Shown here: positions 8,521 to 17,386 of the stretch, in pieces
How positions within the stretch are numbered: position 1 is the first letter of the stretch
How the letters are laid out: each line of letters starts with the position of its first letter
DNA from: Pseudomonadota bacterium
GTDB taxonomy: Bacteria > Pseudomonadota > Alphaproteobacteria > Acetobacterales > Acetobacteraceae
Direction of reading: 5' to 3'
NCBI GenBank assembly: GCA_021846225.1
Contig: JAJZCG010000001.1
Coordinates: 15,125 to 79,124, forward strand
Length of the DNA: 64,000 bases
Position numbers and translations under genes: made by a program
The notes under the pieces: generated by a model
Told to the model about the DNA's origin: nothing
Databases searched by the model: none
Seen by the model: only the letters and a program-made list of their open reading frames with translations

Positions 8521-9948
8521 TCAGTTGGCGGCGGTTGTTGTTTTGGGAGGCGACATCGCGGCGATGAGCTTGAGGCCCATCTGGAGCTGAAAATCGGTGG
8601 CCGGATTGGCCGGGTCAAACGCTGGCCAGCTGGCGGGGGGCTTGTTGGGAATCGTGCTCGCGACGGCTGGCAGCGGCGGGGCCGGAGGCAGGGGAAGCGT
8701 TGATTGCCGGGTTGGATTCGCAAAGGAGTTCAGCAGGTTGGTCTCACGCAATTGGGCAAACGCATCCTGGGGGGTGCGCGTGTCGGATACGGTGACATCC
8801 GGGGTAACGCCGTAGCCCTGGATAGATTTGCCCGAGGGGGTGAAATAGAGCGCTGTGGTGAGGCGCAGAGCCCCTTCATTGTCGATCGGCATGATGGTTT
8901 GCACGGAGCCTTTGCCGAAGGTCTTGGTGCCCAGGACCAGGGCGCGGCGATTCTGCTGCAGGGCGGCGGTTACAATTTCAGCCGCGGATGCGGTGCCCGC
9001 GTTGGTGAGGATGACGATGGGCGCGCCATTGGTGATATCGCCCTGCTGGGCGTACCAGACAGCATCATCCTGCGCGTGGCGGCCATGGGTGGAGACAATT
9101 TCTCCGGCGTTGAGGAAATCGTCGCTGACGGCGACGGCCTGGTCGAGCAGGCCGCCGGGGTTGTCGCGCAGATCCAGGATATAGCCATGGATGTTGCCGT
9201 TGGCTTGTTTTTCGAGGGCTTTAACCGCCGATTGAATATGCCGGCCGGCGTTTTCATCGAAGCTGTCGAGCCGGATATAGCCGATCTGCCCGGCGGGCGT
9301 TGAGAACAGCCGGTCTTTCACGTCCTGGATTTTGATGATTTCACGCGTGAGGGTGACACGCACCGGCGTGCTGACGCCGTTGCGCTTGAGCGTGAGGGTG
9401 ATCTGGGTTCCTGGGGCGCCGCGCATTTTGCTGACGGCATCGTCAAGGCCGAGGCCGTCGGTCGACTGGCCGTTGATTTCAACGATGATGTCGCCAGGCT
9501 TGATGCCGGCGCGCGCGCCGGGTGTGTCGTCAATCGGGGAGATGACCTTGAGGAAGCCGCCTGCCTGGGTGACCTCAAGCCCGAGTCCGCCAAACTGGCC
9601 GGTGGTCTGCACCTGCATGTCGGCGTATTGCTGCTGGTTCATATAGTTTGAATGCGGATCCAGCCCGGCCAGCATGCCGTTGACGGCGTTGTAGATCAGC
9701 TTGTCCGAAGGCGGGTCGACAACATAATTTTCTTTAACCTGGGTCAGTATGTCTCCGAACAAGGAAAGCTGCTGGTAGGTGCTGTCCTCAGAGGTGTTCT
9801 GACCCATGGCATGGTGCAAAGGCTGCGCCACCGTCCCGATGGCGAGGCCCGCCATGAAAATCCCGCTCAGCATTAACCCGCTACGCAACCGCATACGATA
9901 TTTCCTTAAAACCAAACCGGAATACTCCGTCGGAACATTAGATAGCAT
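8521..9948 (-). CDS. ctpA: Carboxy-terminal processing protease, S41 family with PDZ domain
   Basis: LDPHSNY, FGGLGLEV, LDLRDNPGGLL, GTASAAEIV (catalytic Ser), FGKGSVQT (catalytic Lys). Confidence 0.93.
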   Translation of the reverse strand: MLSNVPTEYSGLVLRKYRMRLRSGLMLSGIFMAGLAIGTVAQPLHHAMGQNTSEDSTYQQLSLFGDILTQVKENYVVDPPSDKLIYNAVNGMLAGLDPHSNYMNQQQYADMQVQTTGQFGGLGLEVTQAGGFLKVISPIDDTPGARAGIKPGDIIVEINGQSTDGLGLDDAVSKMRGAPGTQITLTLKRNGVSTPVRVTLTREIIKIQDVKDRLFSTPAGQIGYIRLDSFDENAGRHIQSAVKALEKQANGNIHGYILDLRDNPGGLLDQAVAVSDDFLNAGEIVSTHGRHAQDDAVWYAQQGDITNGAPIVILTNAGTASAAEIVTAALQQNRRALVLGTKTFGKGSVQTIMPIDNEGALRLTTALYFTPSGKSIQGYGVTPDVTVSDTRTPQDAFAQLRETNLLNSFANPTRQSTLPLPPAPPLPAVASTIPNKPPASWPAFDPANPATDFQLQMGLKLIAAMSPPKTTTAAN

Positions 9949-9958
9949 ACTCGGGTGA

Positions 9959-11089
9959 TTATCCAGACCCGTTACCGGAAAGCCAGGCCGCCGGATTCAC
10001 CGGCGCGCCGTTTCGCCTTAATTCCATGTAAAGAATTGGCTGATGCGCGGGGTCGGCCGGGTCGTAGGCCAGCATGGAGCCGACCGGCTGGCCGCGCGTG
10101 AGGTGCTGGCCTGTGCCGACGTCAAGCTGGTGCATGCCGGCGAGGACGATGCTGTTGCCGCCCCCGCAATTGGCGATGAGCATGAGGCCGTAGGCCGGAA
10201 AAGGGCCCGCAAACAAAACCGTGCCGCCGCATGGTGTGGTGACGCGCGCGCCGGGTGCCGCGCCATAGCTGATGCCGGTGGCGGGGCCGGCGGGCGTGGG
10301 GGCGCCGAAGGCCTGCACGATTTGCCCGGCGACAGGGGCGCCGCCGGTGCCAGCGGGCAGGCTGGCGGGCAGGGCGGCGGGGGTGTGTTTCATCAGGTTG
10401 GCGACCGCCGCGGCGATGCTGCTCAATTTACGTTCGGCGGCGAGGCGTGCCTCGGTGGCGCGTGCCGCGGTATCGGCGTCGGCCATTTCAGCGGTTTTGG
10501 CGGCGTTGATCTGGGCGGTGAGCGCAGCCTCGGCGCGGGCTTGGGCGGTGGCGGCGGCGTTCAGCCGTGCCTGAGAGGCCTGGGCCTGCGCGAGCAGAAT
10601 CGCAAGTTGCGCGGTTTGGCTTTTGACGCTTTGCGCCTGTGTGGCGATGGTGTCCGCTACCCCCTGCATGACGGCGATGCCACGGACCGCATCCCGCGGG
10701 GATTGCGGCGCGGCCAGCATGGTGGCGGCTGGCTGGGTCTCAAGGCGGAGCATGACGGGAAGCAGTTTTGCCAGCGCGGCCTGGGCGGTGGCCAGGCGCT
10801 GGCCGGTGGCGGCCTGCGCGGCCTGGAGGCTGGCGAGTTGCTGGGTGTCCTGGCCGGTCTGGGTTTCCAGCTGGCGCAGCGCCGCAGCCGCGGCGACCTG
10901 CTGCTGTACGAGCAAAGCAGCCTTGGCGGCATCGGCCTTTTCGCGCGCATGGGCGGCCTGCTCGGCTGCGCGTCTGGCCTCCAGCGCGGCGCGCGCGTTG
11001 CGCAGCTGGCTGCTGTGGTCAATCTGCGCCGCCAGAGTGAGGGCGGGGCAGAGTGTTGCGAGCACGCAAAGGACGGCGAGGCGTTTCAA
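9959..11089 (-). CDS. envC: Murein hydrolase activator, EnvC family (coiled coil plus M23-like domain)
   Basis: Signal peptide, Ala-rich coiled coil, C-terminal VLFAGPFPAYGLMLI and LYMELRRNGAPVNP. Lies between gpmI and ctpA. Confidence 0.85.
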   Translation of the reverse strand: MKRLAVLCVLATLCPALTLAAQIDHSSQLRNARAALEARRAAEQAAHAREKADAAKAALLVQQQVAAAAALRQLETQTGQDTQQLASLQAAQAATGQRLATAQAALAKLLPVMLRLETQPAATMLAAPQSPRDAVRGIAVMQGVADTIATQAQSVKSQTAQLAILLAQAQASQARLNAAATAQARAEAALTAQINAAKTAEMADADTAARATEARLAAERKLSSIAAAVANLMKHTPAALPASLPAGTGGAPVAGQIVQAFGAPTPAGPATGISYGAAPGARVTTPCGGTVLFAGPFPAYGLMLIANCGGGNSIVLAGMHQLDVGTGQHLTRGQPVGSMLAYDPADPAHQPILYMELRRNGAPVNPAAWLSGNGSG

Positions 11090-12600
11090 CTGATCAGCGA
11101 TTTACCGGTCATCAGCGCGGGCTGTTCGATCCCGAGCAAAGCCAGGAGCGTGGGGGCGATGTCAGCCAGGATGCCGTCATGCAGTTTGGCGCCCGCGGGC
11201 GCGCCCGCGCACAGAACCGGCACCGGATTGGTGGTGTGCGCGGTGTGCGGGCCATGGGTTTCGGGGTCGTACATCATTTCGCAATTGCCGTGGTCAGCCG
11301 TGACCAGCAGGGCGCCGCCCTGGGCGGCAATGGCGTCCGCGATGACGCCCAGCCCGGCGTCCACGGCTTCCACTGCCTTGATCGCGGCGCTGAGGATGCC
11401 GCTGTGGCCGACCATGTCCGGGTTGGCGAAGTTAAGCACGATGAGGTCGTATTTGCGCTCCCCGATCGCGGCGGCCGCTTTGGCGGCCAGTTCGGCGGCC
11501 GACATTTCCGGCTGGAGATCGTAAGTGGCGACCTTGGGGGAAGGGACCATGATGCGGTCTTCGCCGGGGTAGGGCTCTTCCCGGCCGCCGTTGAAGAAAT
11601 AGGTGACGTGGGGGTATTTTTCCGTCTCGGCCATGCGGATCTGCTTAAGGCCCTTTTTCGAGACGACTTCGCCGAGCAGGTCGTCCATGCGCTCGGGCAG
11701 GAAAAGTGTTTGCATGAAGGGCGCCAGCGCGTCGCTATAGGCGGTCATGCCGGTGGCGGCGCTGAGTTTTGGCGCGGTCCTGGGGAAGCTGTTGAAGGAG
11801 GGGTCCAGCAGGGCGGTCAGGATTTCCCGCACGCGGTCAGCCCGGAAATTGAAGCAGAGGACGCCATCGCCCTCCCGCATGCCGGTGTAGGCGCCAATGC
11901 GGGCTGGCAGCAGGAATTCATCAGTCAGGCTGGCGGCGTAGCTGGCTTTTATGGCCTCGGCGGCGGTTGCGAACGCCTCGCCCTTGCCGGAAACGATGAG
12001 GTCATGGGCGCGCTGCACGCGTTCCCAGCGTTTATCGCGGTCCATGGCGTAATAGCGGCCGCAGATGGTGCCGATATGGGCGTGGCCGGCGATGGCGGCC
12101 TCGAACGCCGCAAGGTAGCCGGCACCGGATTGCGGCGGGGTGTCGCGCCCGTCCATCCAGGCGTGGATGGTGACAGGCAGGCCCGCGCCGTGCAGGATTT
12201 TGGCCAGGGCCACGGCTTGGTCCTGGTGGGAATGCACGCCGCCGGGGGAGAGCAGGCCCATGAGATGCGCGGTGCCGCCGGTTTGCTTCAGCGCCGCGAT
12301 GAAGGCCAGCAGCGCGGGGTTTTTCGCCAGTGAACCGTCGGCGATGGCGGTGTCGATGCGCGGGAGTTCCTGCATCACCACACGCCCGGCGCCGATGTTC
12401 AGATGCCCGACCTCGGAATTGCCCATCTGCCCTTCAGGCAGGCCGACGGCGAGGCCGCTGGTGCGTAGAAAAGCATGCGGCGCGTTTGCCCACAGACGGT
12501 CAAAATTAGGGAGCTTCGCCTGGGCGATGGCGTTGTTTTCCGGGTTTTCGTTCCAGCCGAAACCATCGAGAATGACAAGTGCTACGGGTTTGGTGGGCAT
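11086..12600 (-). CDS. gpmI: 2,3-bisphosphoglycerate-independent phosphoglycerate mutase
   Basis: LVILDGFG, GQMGNSEVGH, GRYYAMDRD, AETEKYPHVTYF, NPDMVGH, TADHGN. Confidence 0.97.
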   Translation of the reverse strand: MPTKPVALVILDGFGWNENPENNAIAQAKLPNFDRLWANAPHAFLRTSGLAVGLPEGQMGNSEVGHLNIGAGRVVMQELPRIDTAIADGSLAKNPALLAFIAALKQTGGTAHLMGLLSPGGVHSHQDQAVALAKILHGAGLPVTIHAWMDGRDTPPQSGAGYLAAFEAAIAGHAHIGTICGRYYAMDRDKRWERVQRAHDLIVSGKGEAFATAAEAIKASYAASLTDEFLLPARIGAYTGMREGDGVLCFNFRADRVREILTALLDPSFNSFPRTAPKLSAATGMTAYSDALAPFMQTLFLPERMDDLLGEVVSKKGLKQIRMAETEKYPHVTYFFNGGREEPYPGEDRIMVPSPKVATYDLQPEMSAAELAAKAAAAIGERKYDLIVLNFANPDMVGHSGILSAAIKAVEAVDAGLGVIADAIAAQGGALLVTADHGNCEMMYDPETHGPHTAHTTNPVPVLCAGAPAGAKLHDGILADIAPTLLALLGIEQPALMTGKSLIS

Positions 12601-12685
12601 GGCGGCTCCTCAATGACGCGATATGGTTGGTATCATTAGGCAATCCGGCACCGCTTTACCAAGGGGGGCGCGCATTTTTACAGGC

Positions 12686-13144
12686 TCAGGGCCGCCCGGC
12701 GCGGTGGTAGGGGTGGCCGGTGGCGATCATCTGCGCGCGGTAGATCTGCTCGGCCAGCATGGGGCGGACCAGCATATGCGGCCAGGTGAGGTTGCCAAGG
12801 CTGAGCTTGGCCCCGGCACGGGCGATTACGGCGGCGTCCAGCCCTTCCGCGCCGCCGATGACGAAGGCCAGTTTTTTGCTCTGCTCGCTCCATTTGGTGA
12901 GAAGCTTGGCCAGTTCTGGGCTGCCTGGCGCCGCGCCGCCGGAGTCCAGCGCGATGACGAATTCATCGGCCTTGAGGGTGTTCAGGATGGAATCGGCTTC
13001 CCGGCGCTTGATCTCGGCCGGGTTGCCGTAGCCATCCTGGAGTTCCACCAGGCTGAGCGTTGGCTTTATGCGCGCGGCATAGCGGCGCAGCAGCTCGGAT
13101 TCGGGCGCGCTGGCGCTGGATTTGCCGATGGCGATCAGCCGCAA
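12686..13144 (-). CDS. rlmH: 23S rRNA (pseudouridine1915-N3)-methyltransferase
   Basis: FVIGGAEGL, LSLGNLTWPHMLVR, EQIYRA, GHPYHR. Confidence 0.95.
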   Translation of the reverse strand: MRLIAIGKSSASAPESELLRRYAARIKPTLSLVELQDGYGNPAEIKRREADSILNTLKADEFVIALDSGGAAPGSPELAKLLTKWSEQSKKLAFVIGGAEGLDAAVIARAGAKLSLGNLTWPHMLVRPMLAEQIYRAQMIATGHPYHRAGRP

Positions 13145-13675
13145 TCAGGCCTCCGGTTCGCCGCCGGCTTCGTCCAGTTCGGAGCTCCACATTTTCTCCA
13201 GGGCATAGAGCGTGCGCGACTCCGGCTTGAAGAGGTGGACGATGATGTCCCCGGCGTCGATCAGCACCCAATCGGTACCACCGGCCCCCTCCACGCGGGT
13301 TTTTTTGAAGCCGGCTTCCACCAGTTTCTCGTTCAGATGCGTTGCCATGGCGGAGATCTGCCGGTCGGCGAGGCCTGTGGCGATGACCATGCGGTCAGCG
13401 AAGCTGGCGCGGCCGGCGAGGTCGATGGCGACCACGTCCTCCGCTTTGTCATCCTCCAGGCTGCTGACGATGACCGCCTGCATGCGGTCCAACTCAGGCC
13501 CGGTGACTTTTGGTTCGGCTTTTTTGCGGCGCGGGCCGGCGATGCTGGCTTTTTTGCGCGGCGTGCCGGGCATGGCGGGCAGGGATTCGGCCGGGGCGGG
13601 CTTGGGGGTGCGCTTGCGCGGGGCGGCGGCGGTGGTGCCGCGGGGGGCCGGCTTGCGTGCGGGTGGGCGGACTAT
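13145..13675 (-). CDS. rsfS: Ribosome silencing factor; start uncertain (ATA at 13675 or ATG at 13573)
   Basis: LEDDKAEDVVAIDL, MVIATG, WVLIDAGDIIVHLF, YALEKMW. The frame stays open upstream to an SD-preceded ATA. Confidence 0.9.
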   Translation of the reverse strand: MVRPPARKPAPRGTTAAAPRKRTPKPAPAESLPAMPGTPRKKASIAGPRRKKAEPKVTGPELDRMQAVIVSSLEDDKAEDVVAIDLAGRASFADRMVIATGLADRQISAMATHLNEKLVEAGFKKTRVEGAGGTDWVLIDAGDIIVHLFKPESRTLYALEKMWSSELDEAGGEPEA

Positions 13676-14277
13676 GGCAGTGCTCCTTCAATGGTATTTC
13701 GCAAGGCGGTGGCGGAAGCGGGATGCTCCTTAACCGGGAGCAGAATCCAAGAGGGTGCCGCTGCCGAGGCAAGACATAGACCAGAGCGCGCCGGAAGGCG
13801 ACCTTTCTTGAAACGTGCCGCCACCGGGCCTGCCAGTGCGCTCCGGGTGGCGCCAGGGCGGGGGACGACCAGCATCGGCATGGTGTGGACAATACGCAGC
13901 CAGTTTTTCCAGAGCGGCAATTGGCGCAGGTTGTCGGCCCCCATCAGCCAGACAAATTTTATGTTGGGAAACCGGCGCGAAATTTCTCTCATGGTGTCGG
14001 CGGTGTAGCGCGTGCCCAGCTGCTGCTCGATGCCGGTGGCAATGACCCGCCGCCCGTCGGCAAGACGCCGCGCGGTGGCGAGGCGGGCCGCGAACGGCGC
14101 CATGCCGCGCCGCGGCTTCAGCGGATTGCCGGGGGAGACCATGAGCCAGAGCTGGTCCAGGCCGAGGTGGGTCATGGCCTCGCGCGCGACGTGCAGGTGC
14201 CCTTCATGCGCCGGGTTGAACGAGCCGCCGAGCAGGCCGACGCGCAGGGCGTAGCGGTGGCCGAACCGCGGGATCAG
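13672..14277 (-). CDS. nadD: Nicotinate-nucleotide adenylyltransferase; probable CTG start
   Basis: GLLGGSFNPAHEGH, VSPGNPLK, YTADT, WLMGADN motifs. No in-frame ATG, GTG or TTG between the proA stop and the first motif. Confidence 0.92.
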   Translation of the reverse strand: MIPRFGHRYALRVGLLGGSFNPAHEGHLHVAREAMTHLGLDQLWLMVSPGNPLKPRRGMAPFAARLATARRLADGRRVIATGIEQQLGTRYTADTMREISRRFPNIKFVWLMGADNLRQLPLWKNWLRIVHTMPMLVVPRPGATRSALAGPVAARFKKGRLPARSGLCLASAAAPSWILLPVKEHPASATALRNTIEGALP

Positions 14278-15536
14278 GGGCGCACCTGCCCGGTGCCGCG
14301 AATCACGTACCGGAAGGTGGTGAGCTGCTCGGGGCCGACCGGGCCGCGCGCATGGATACGCCCGGTGGCGATGCCGATTTCCGCGCCGAAGCCGAACTCC
14401 CCGCCGTCGCAGAATTGGGTGGAGGCATTCCACAGGCTGACCGCGCTGCTGAGGTTCTTCAGGAAATATTCCGCTGCCGCGCTGTCCTGCGTGATGATCG
14501 CGTCGGTATGTTCGCTGCCGTGCTGGCGGATGTGGGCGAGAGCCTCCTCGACGCCTTCGACGATTTTGATGTTCAGGACGGCATCGAGCCATTCGGTGTC
14601 GAAATCATGTGCGGTGGCGGCCTGGAGCGATGTGACAATGGCGCGGGCTTTTTCATCGGCGCGGAAGCTGCACCCAAGGGCCGCCAGATCGGCTGTGAGC
14701 AGAGGCAGCAGGGCGGGGGCGATGGCGGCATCGAGCAGCAGTGTCTCGGTGGCGCCGCAGATGCCGGTGCGGCGCATTTTGGCGTTGGCCAGGATGCTGC
14801 GCGCCATCGTGAAATCAGCCGCGGCATGGATGTAGGTGTGGTTGAGGCCCTCGGCATGGGCGAGTACGGGCACCCGCGCGTCGCGCTGCACGCGCTCGAC
14901 CAGGGATTTGCCGCCGCGGGGGATTATGAGGTCGATGAAGCCGGAGGCGGCAAGCATGGCGGCGACAAACCCGCGGTCCGTGCTGGGGGCGATCTGCACG
15001 CAATCCTCGGGCAGGCCTGCGGCGCGCAGGCCGGAGGTGATGGCGGCATGGATGGCGCCGGCGGAATGGAAGCTCTCGGACCCGCCGCGAAGCAAAATGG
15101 CGTTGCCGGATTTGAGCGCGATGGCGGCGGCGTCCGCGCCGACATTGGGGCGGCTCTCATAGATCATGCCCAGCACACCCAGCGGCTGGGCGATCCGGCT
15201 GATGACCAGGCCGTTCGGGCGGGTCCATTGCGCCAGGGTGCGGGCGAGAGGGTCTGGCAGGGCGGCAACCTCTTCCAGCCCGCGCGCCATCGCCTCTACC
15301 CGGGCGGGGTTGAGCATCAGGCGGTCGCCAAAGGCGGCGGTGCCCGAAAAACTCTGCATGTCGCGGCTGTTGGCCTGGAGGATTTGCGGCGCGGCGGCGC
15401 GCAGGGCCGCGGCGGCCTGGGTGAGAGCCTGGTTGCGCCCCTGCGCCTCCGCGCGGGCGAGAGCGGCGGCGCCGGTGCGGGCCTTGGCCCCGAGGTGGGA
15501 CATCTGCTGGGTAAAAATATCAGTTTCGGCGTTCAT
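14274..15536 (-). CDS. proA: Gamma-glutamyl phosphate reductase
   Basis: YESRPNV, KSGNAILLRGG, PRGGKSL, KMRRTGICGATE, NASTQFCDGGEFGFGAEIGIAT. Confidence 0.96.
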   Translation of the reverse strand: MNAETDIFTQQMSHLGAKARTGAAALARAEAQGRNQALTQAAAALRAAAPQILQANSRDMQSFSGTAAFGDRLMLNPARVEAMARGLEEVAALPDPLARTLAQWTRPNGLVISRIAQPLGVLGMIYESRPNVGADAAAIALKSGNAILLRGGSESFHSAGAIHAAITSGLRAAGLPEDCVQIAPSTDRGFVAAMLAASGFIDLIIPRGGKSLVERVQRDARVPVLAHAEGLNHTYIHAAADFTMARSILANAKMRRTGICGATETLLLDAAIAPALLPLLTADLAALGCSFRADEKARAIVTSLQAATAHDFDTEWLDAVLNIKIVEGVEEALAHIRQHGSEHTDAIITQDSAAAEYFLKNLSSAVSLWNASTQFCDGGEFGFGAEIGIATGRIHARGPVGPEQLTTFRYVIRGTGQVRP

Positions 15537-15596
15537 GCGTGGTATCGTTGCCGAGTCCTGGCGGGAAGATCAACTGCGCGCTAATCTTGGCGGGAC

Positions 15597-16595
15597 ATGC
15601 CAGACATCCTCGATTCGCTGATGCCCGAAACACAGGCCCTCGCGGGGCCGGTGCTGCGTACCTCGCGCCTCACCCTGCGCCCTTTGGCGGCTGGAGATGT
15701 GGCGGTGTTCCACCGGCTGATCAACGATTGGGAGATTTGCCGCAGGCTGCCTGACGCGCCATTTCCGTATCCGGCCGATCTCGCGGCGGCGTGGATCGCG
15801 GCGGCGGCGGCTGACCGGCTGGCAGGCAGGGCCGAGCAGTTCGCGCTGGTGGATGAGGCCACGGGGGAGATGATCGGCTGCGCCGGGCTGCGCATGGGCA
15901 AGGGCCATAAATCGGCCGATCTGGGCTATTGGCTGGGACGCGCCTTCTGGGGCCAGGGCTACGGGCTGGAAGCGGCGCGCCGGTTGGTGGAATGGGCGTT
16001 TGCGGCTTTTGCGATCACGCGGCTCACCGCCACGGTGGCGGCCGATAACGATGCCTCCGCCGCGTTGCTGCAGCGGGTGGGGTTTTTGCCGTCCGGCAAG
16101 GGGTCGCAAATTTTTATGTGCCGGCCGGGGCAAAAACTGCCCGTGAAACATTTTGCGCTGGAACGTGAGATGCCCGCGGCGGCTGTGCCGAAAAAGAACG
16201 CCGTGCTGCTGGTGGTCGCCGTGGCGCTGATTGATGCGCAGGGGCGGATTCTGCTCGCCCGCCGCCCGGAAGGGAAAAAAATGGCGGGGATGTGGGAGTT
16301 TCCGGGCGGCAAGGTGGAAGCCGGGGAAACGCCGGAGGCGGCGCTGGTGCGTGAGTTGCGCGAGGAGTTGGGGATTGAGACCGCCGCAAGTGATCTTGCG
16401 CCGTTTGTGTTCGCCTCGCACCCTTATGAGAGTTTCCATTTGCTGATGCCGGTGTTTTTGTGCCGCCGCTGGAATGGAACGCCCCACCCCAGGGAGGGCC
16501 AGGCCCTGGCCTGGGTGGCGCCGGAGCGTCTGGTGGAATATCCTATGCCGCCGGCCGACCGGCCGCTGATCCCCATGCTGAGAGATTTTTTATGA
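15597..16595 (+). CDS. Bifunctional GNAT (RimJ/RimL-like) acetyltransferase / MutT-like Nudix hydrolase
   Basis: N-terminal LRTSRLTLRP...LGYWLGRAFWGQGYGLEA; C-terminal WEFPGGKVEAGETPEAALVRELREELG. Confidence 0.88.
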   Translation: MPDILDSLMPETQALAGPVLRTSRLTLRPLAAGDVAVFHRLINDWEICRRLPDAPFPYPADLAAAWIAAAAADRLAGRAEQFALVDEATGEMIGCAGLRMGKGHKSADLGYWLGRAFWGQGYGLEAARRLVEWAFAAFAITRLTATVAADNDASAALLQRVGFLPSGKGSQIFMCRPGQKLPVKHFALEREMPAAAVPKKNAVLLVVAVALIDAQGRILLARRPEGKKMAGMWEFPGGKVEAGETPEAALVRELREELGIETAASDLAPFVFASHPYESFHLLMPVFLCRRWNGTPHPREGQALAWVAPERLVEYPMPPADRPLIPMLRDFL

Positions 16596-17344
16596 GCAAT
16601 CCCACCGCCGCGATTTTGATTATTGGCAATGAAATTCTCTCCGGGCGCACGCAGGATGAGAATGTGCGCTTCATTGCCAGGCGGTTGGCGGAACTGGGCA
16701 TAAAGCTGCAAGAGGTCCGGGTGATCCCGGATGTGCCGGCGCGGATCGTCGGCGCGGTGAACGAATTGCGCGCCGCCTACGATGTTTTGTTCACCACCGG
16801 CGGCATCGGCCCGACGCATGACGATATCACCAGTGAATGTGTGGCGGCGGCCTTTGGCTTGCCGTGGGAGCCGCATGCCCCGACCTTCGAGCTGATGCAG
16901 GAGCGCATGGGTGAAAAATTCAACGCCGCCCGCCAGCGCATGGCGACCATGCCGCGCGGCGCGAAGCCCATCGCCAACTCCGTGTCGCTGGCGCCAGGGT
17001 TCACGATTGGCAATGTGCATGTCATGGCCGGGGTGCCGAGGATCATGCAGGCCATGATGCTGGCGCTGGAGCCCGAACTGCCGCGCGGGGTGCCGATCGA
17101 GATGCGCACCGTGTACGCCATGGGGGTGATGGAAGGCAGCATCGCCGCGGCGCTCTCAGAAATTCAGGCGCGCTTCCCGGCCGTTGATATTGGCAGCTAT
17201 CCGTTCCGCCGGGAGGCCGGTTGGGGGGTTGCGATTGTCGCCAAGGGCACGGATGTGGCGGAGTTGGAGGAAGTCATCGCGCAGGCGACCGATTTGCTGG
17301 CGACGCAGGACACGCTGCCGGTTCAGGGAGAGCCGGCGGCGTAG
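16592..17344 (+). CDS. Competence/damage-inducible CinA-like (COG1058) molybdopterin-binding-fold protein without a PncC domain
   Basis: IIGNEILSGRTQDEN, TTGGIGPTHDDIT, MAGVPRIM. ATGA overlap with the upstream gene. Confidence 0.87.
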   Translation: MSNPTAAILIIGNEILSGRTQDENVRFIARRLAELGIKLQEVRVIPDVPARIVGAVNELRAAYDVLFTTGGIGPTHDDITSECVAAAFGLPWEPHAPTFELMQERMGEKFNAARQRMATMPRGAKPIANSVSLAPGFTIGNVHVMAGVPRIMQAMMLALEPELPRGVPIEMRTVYAMGVMEGSIAAALSEIQARFPAVDIGSYPFRREAGWGVAIVAKGTDVAELEEVIAQATDLLATQDTLPVQGEPAA

Positions 17345-17386
17345 TCTGGGAGCATTTTCCGTTCACACGGATATCGTTCTAGCGGC

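Noticed and set aside
14278-15600. proA without adjacent proB as a sign of a broken proline pathway
   Set aside because: proB is often elsewhere (e.g. beside obgE); absence from one window is not informative.
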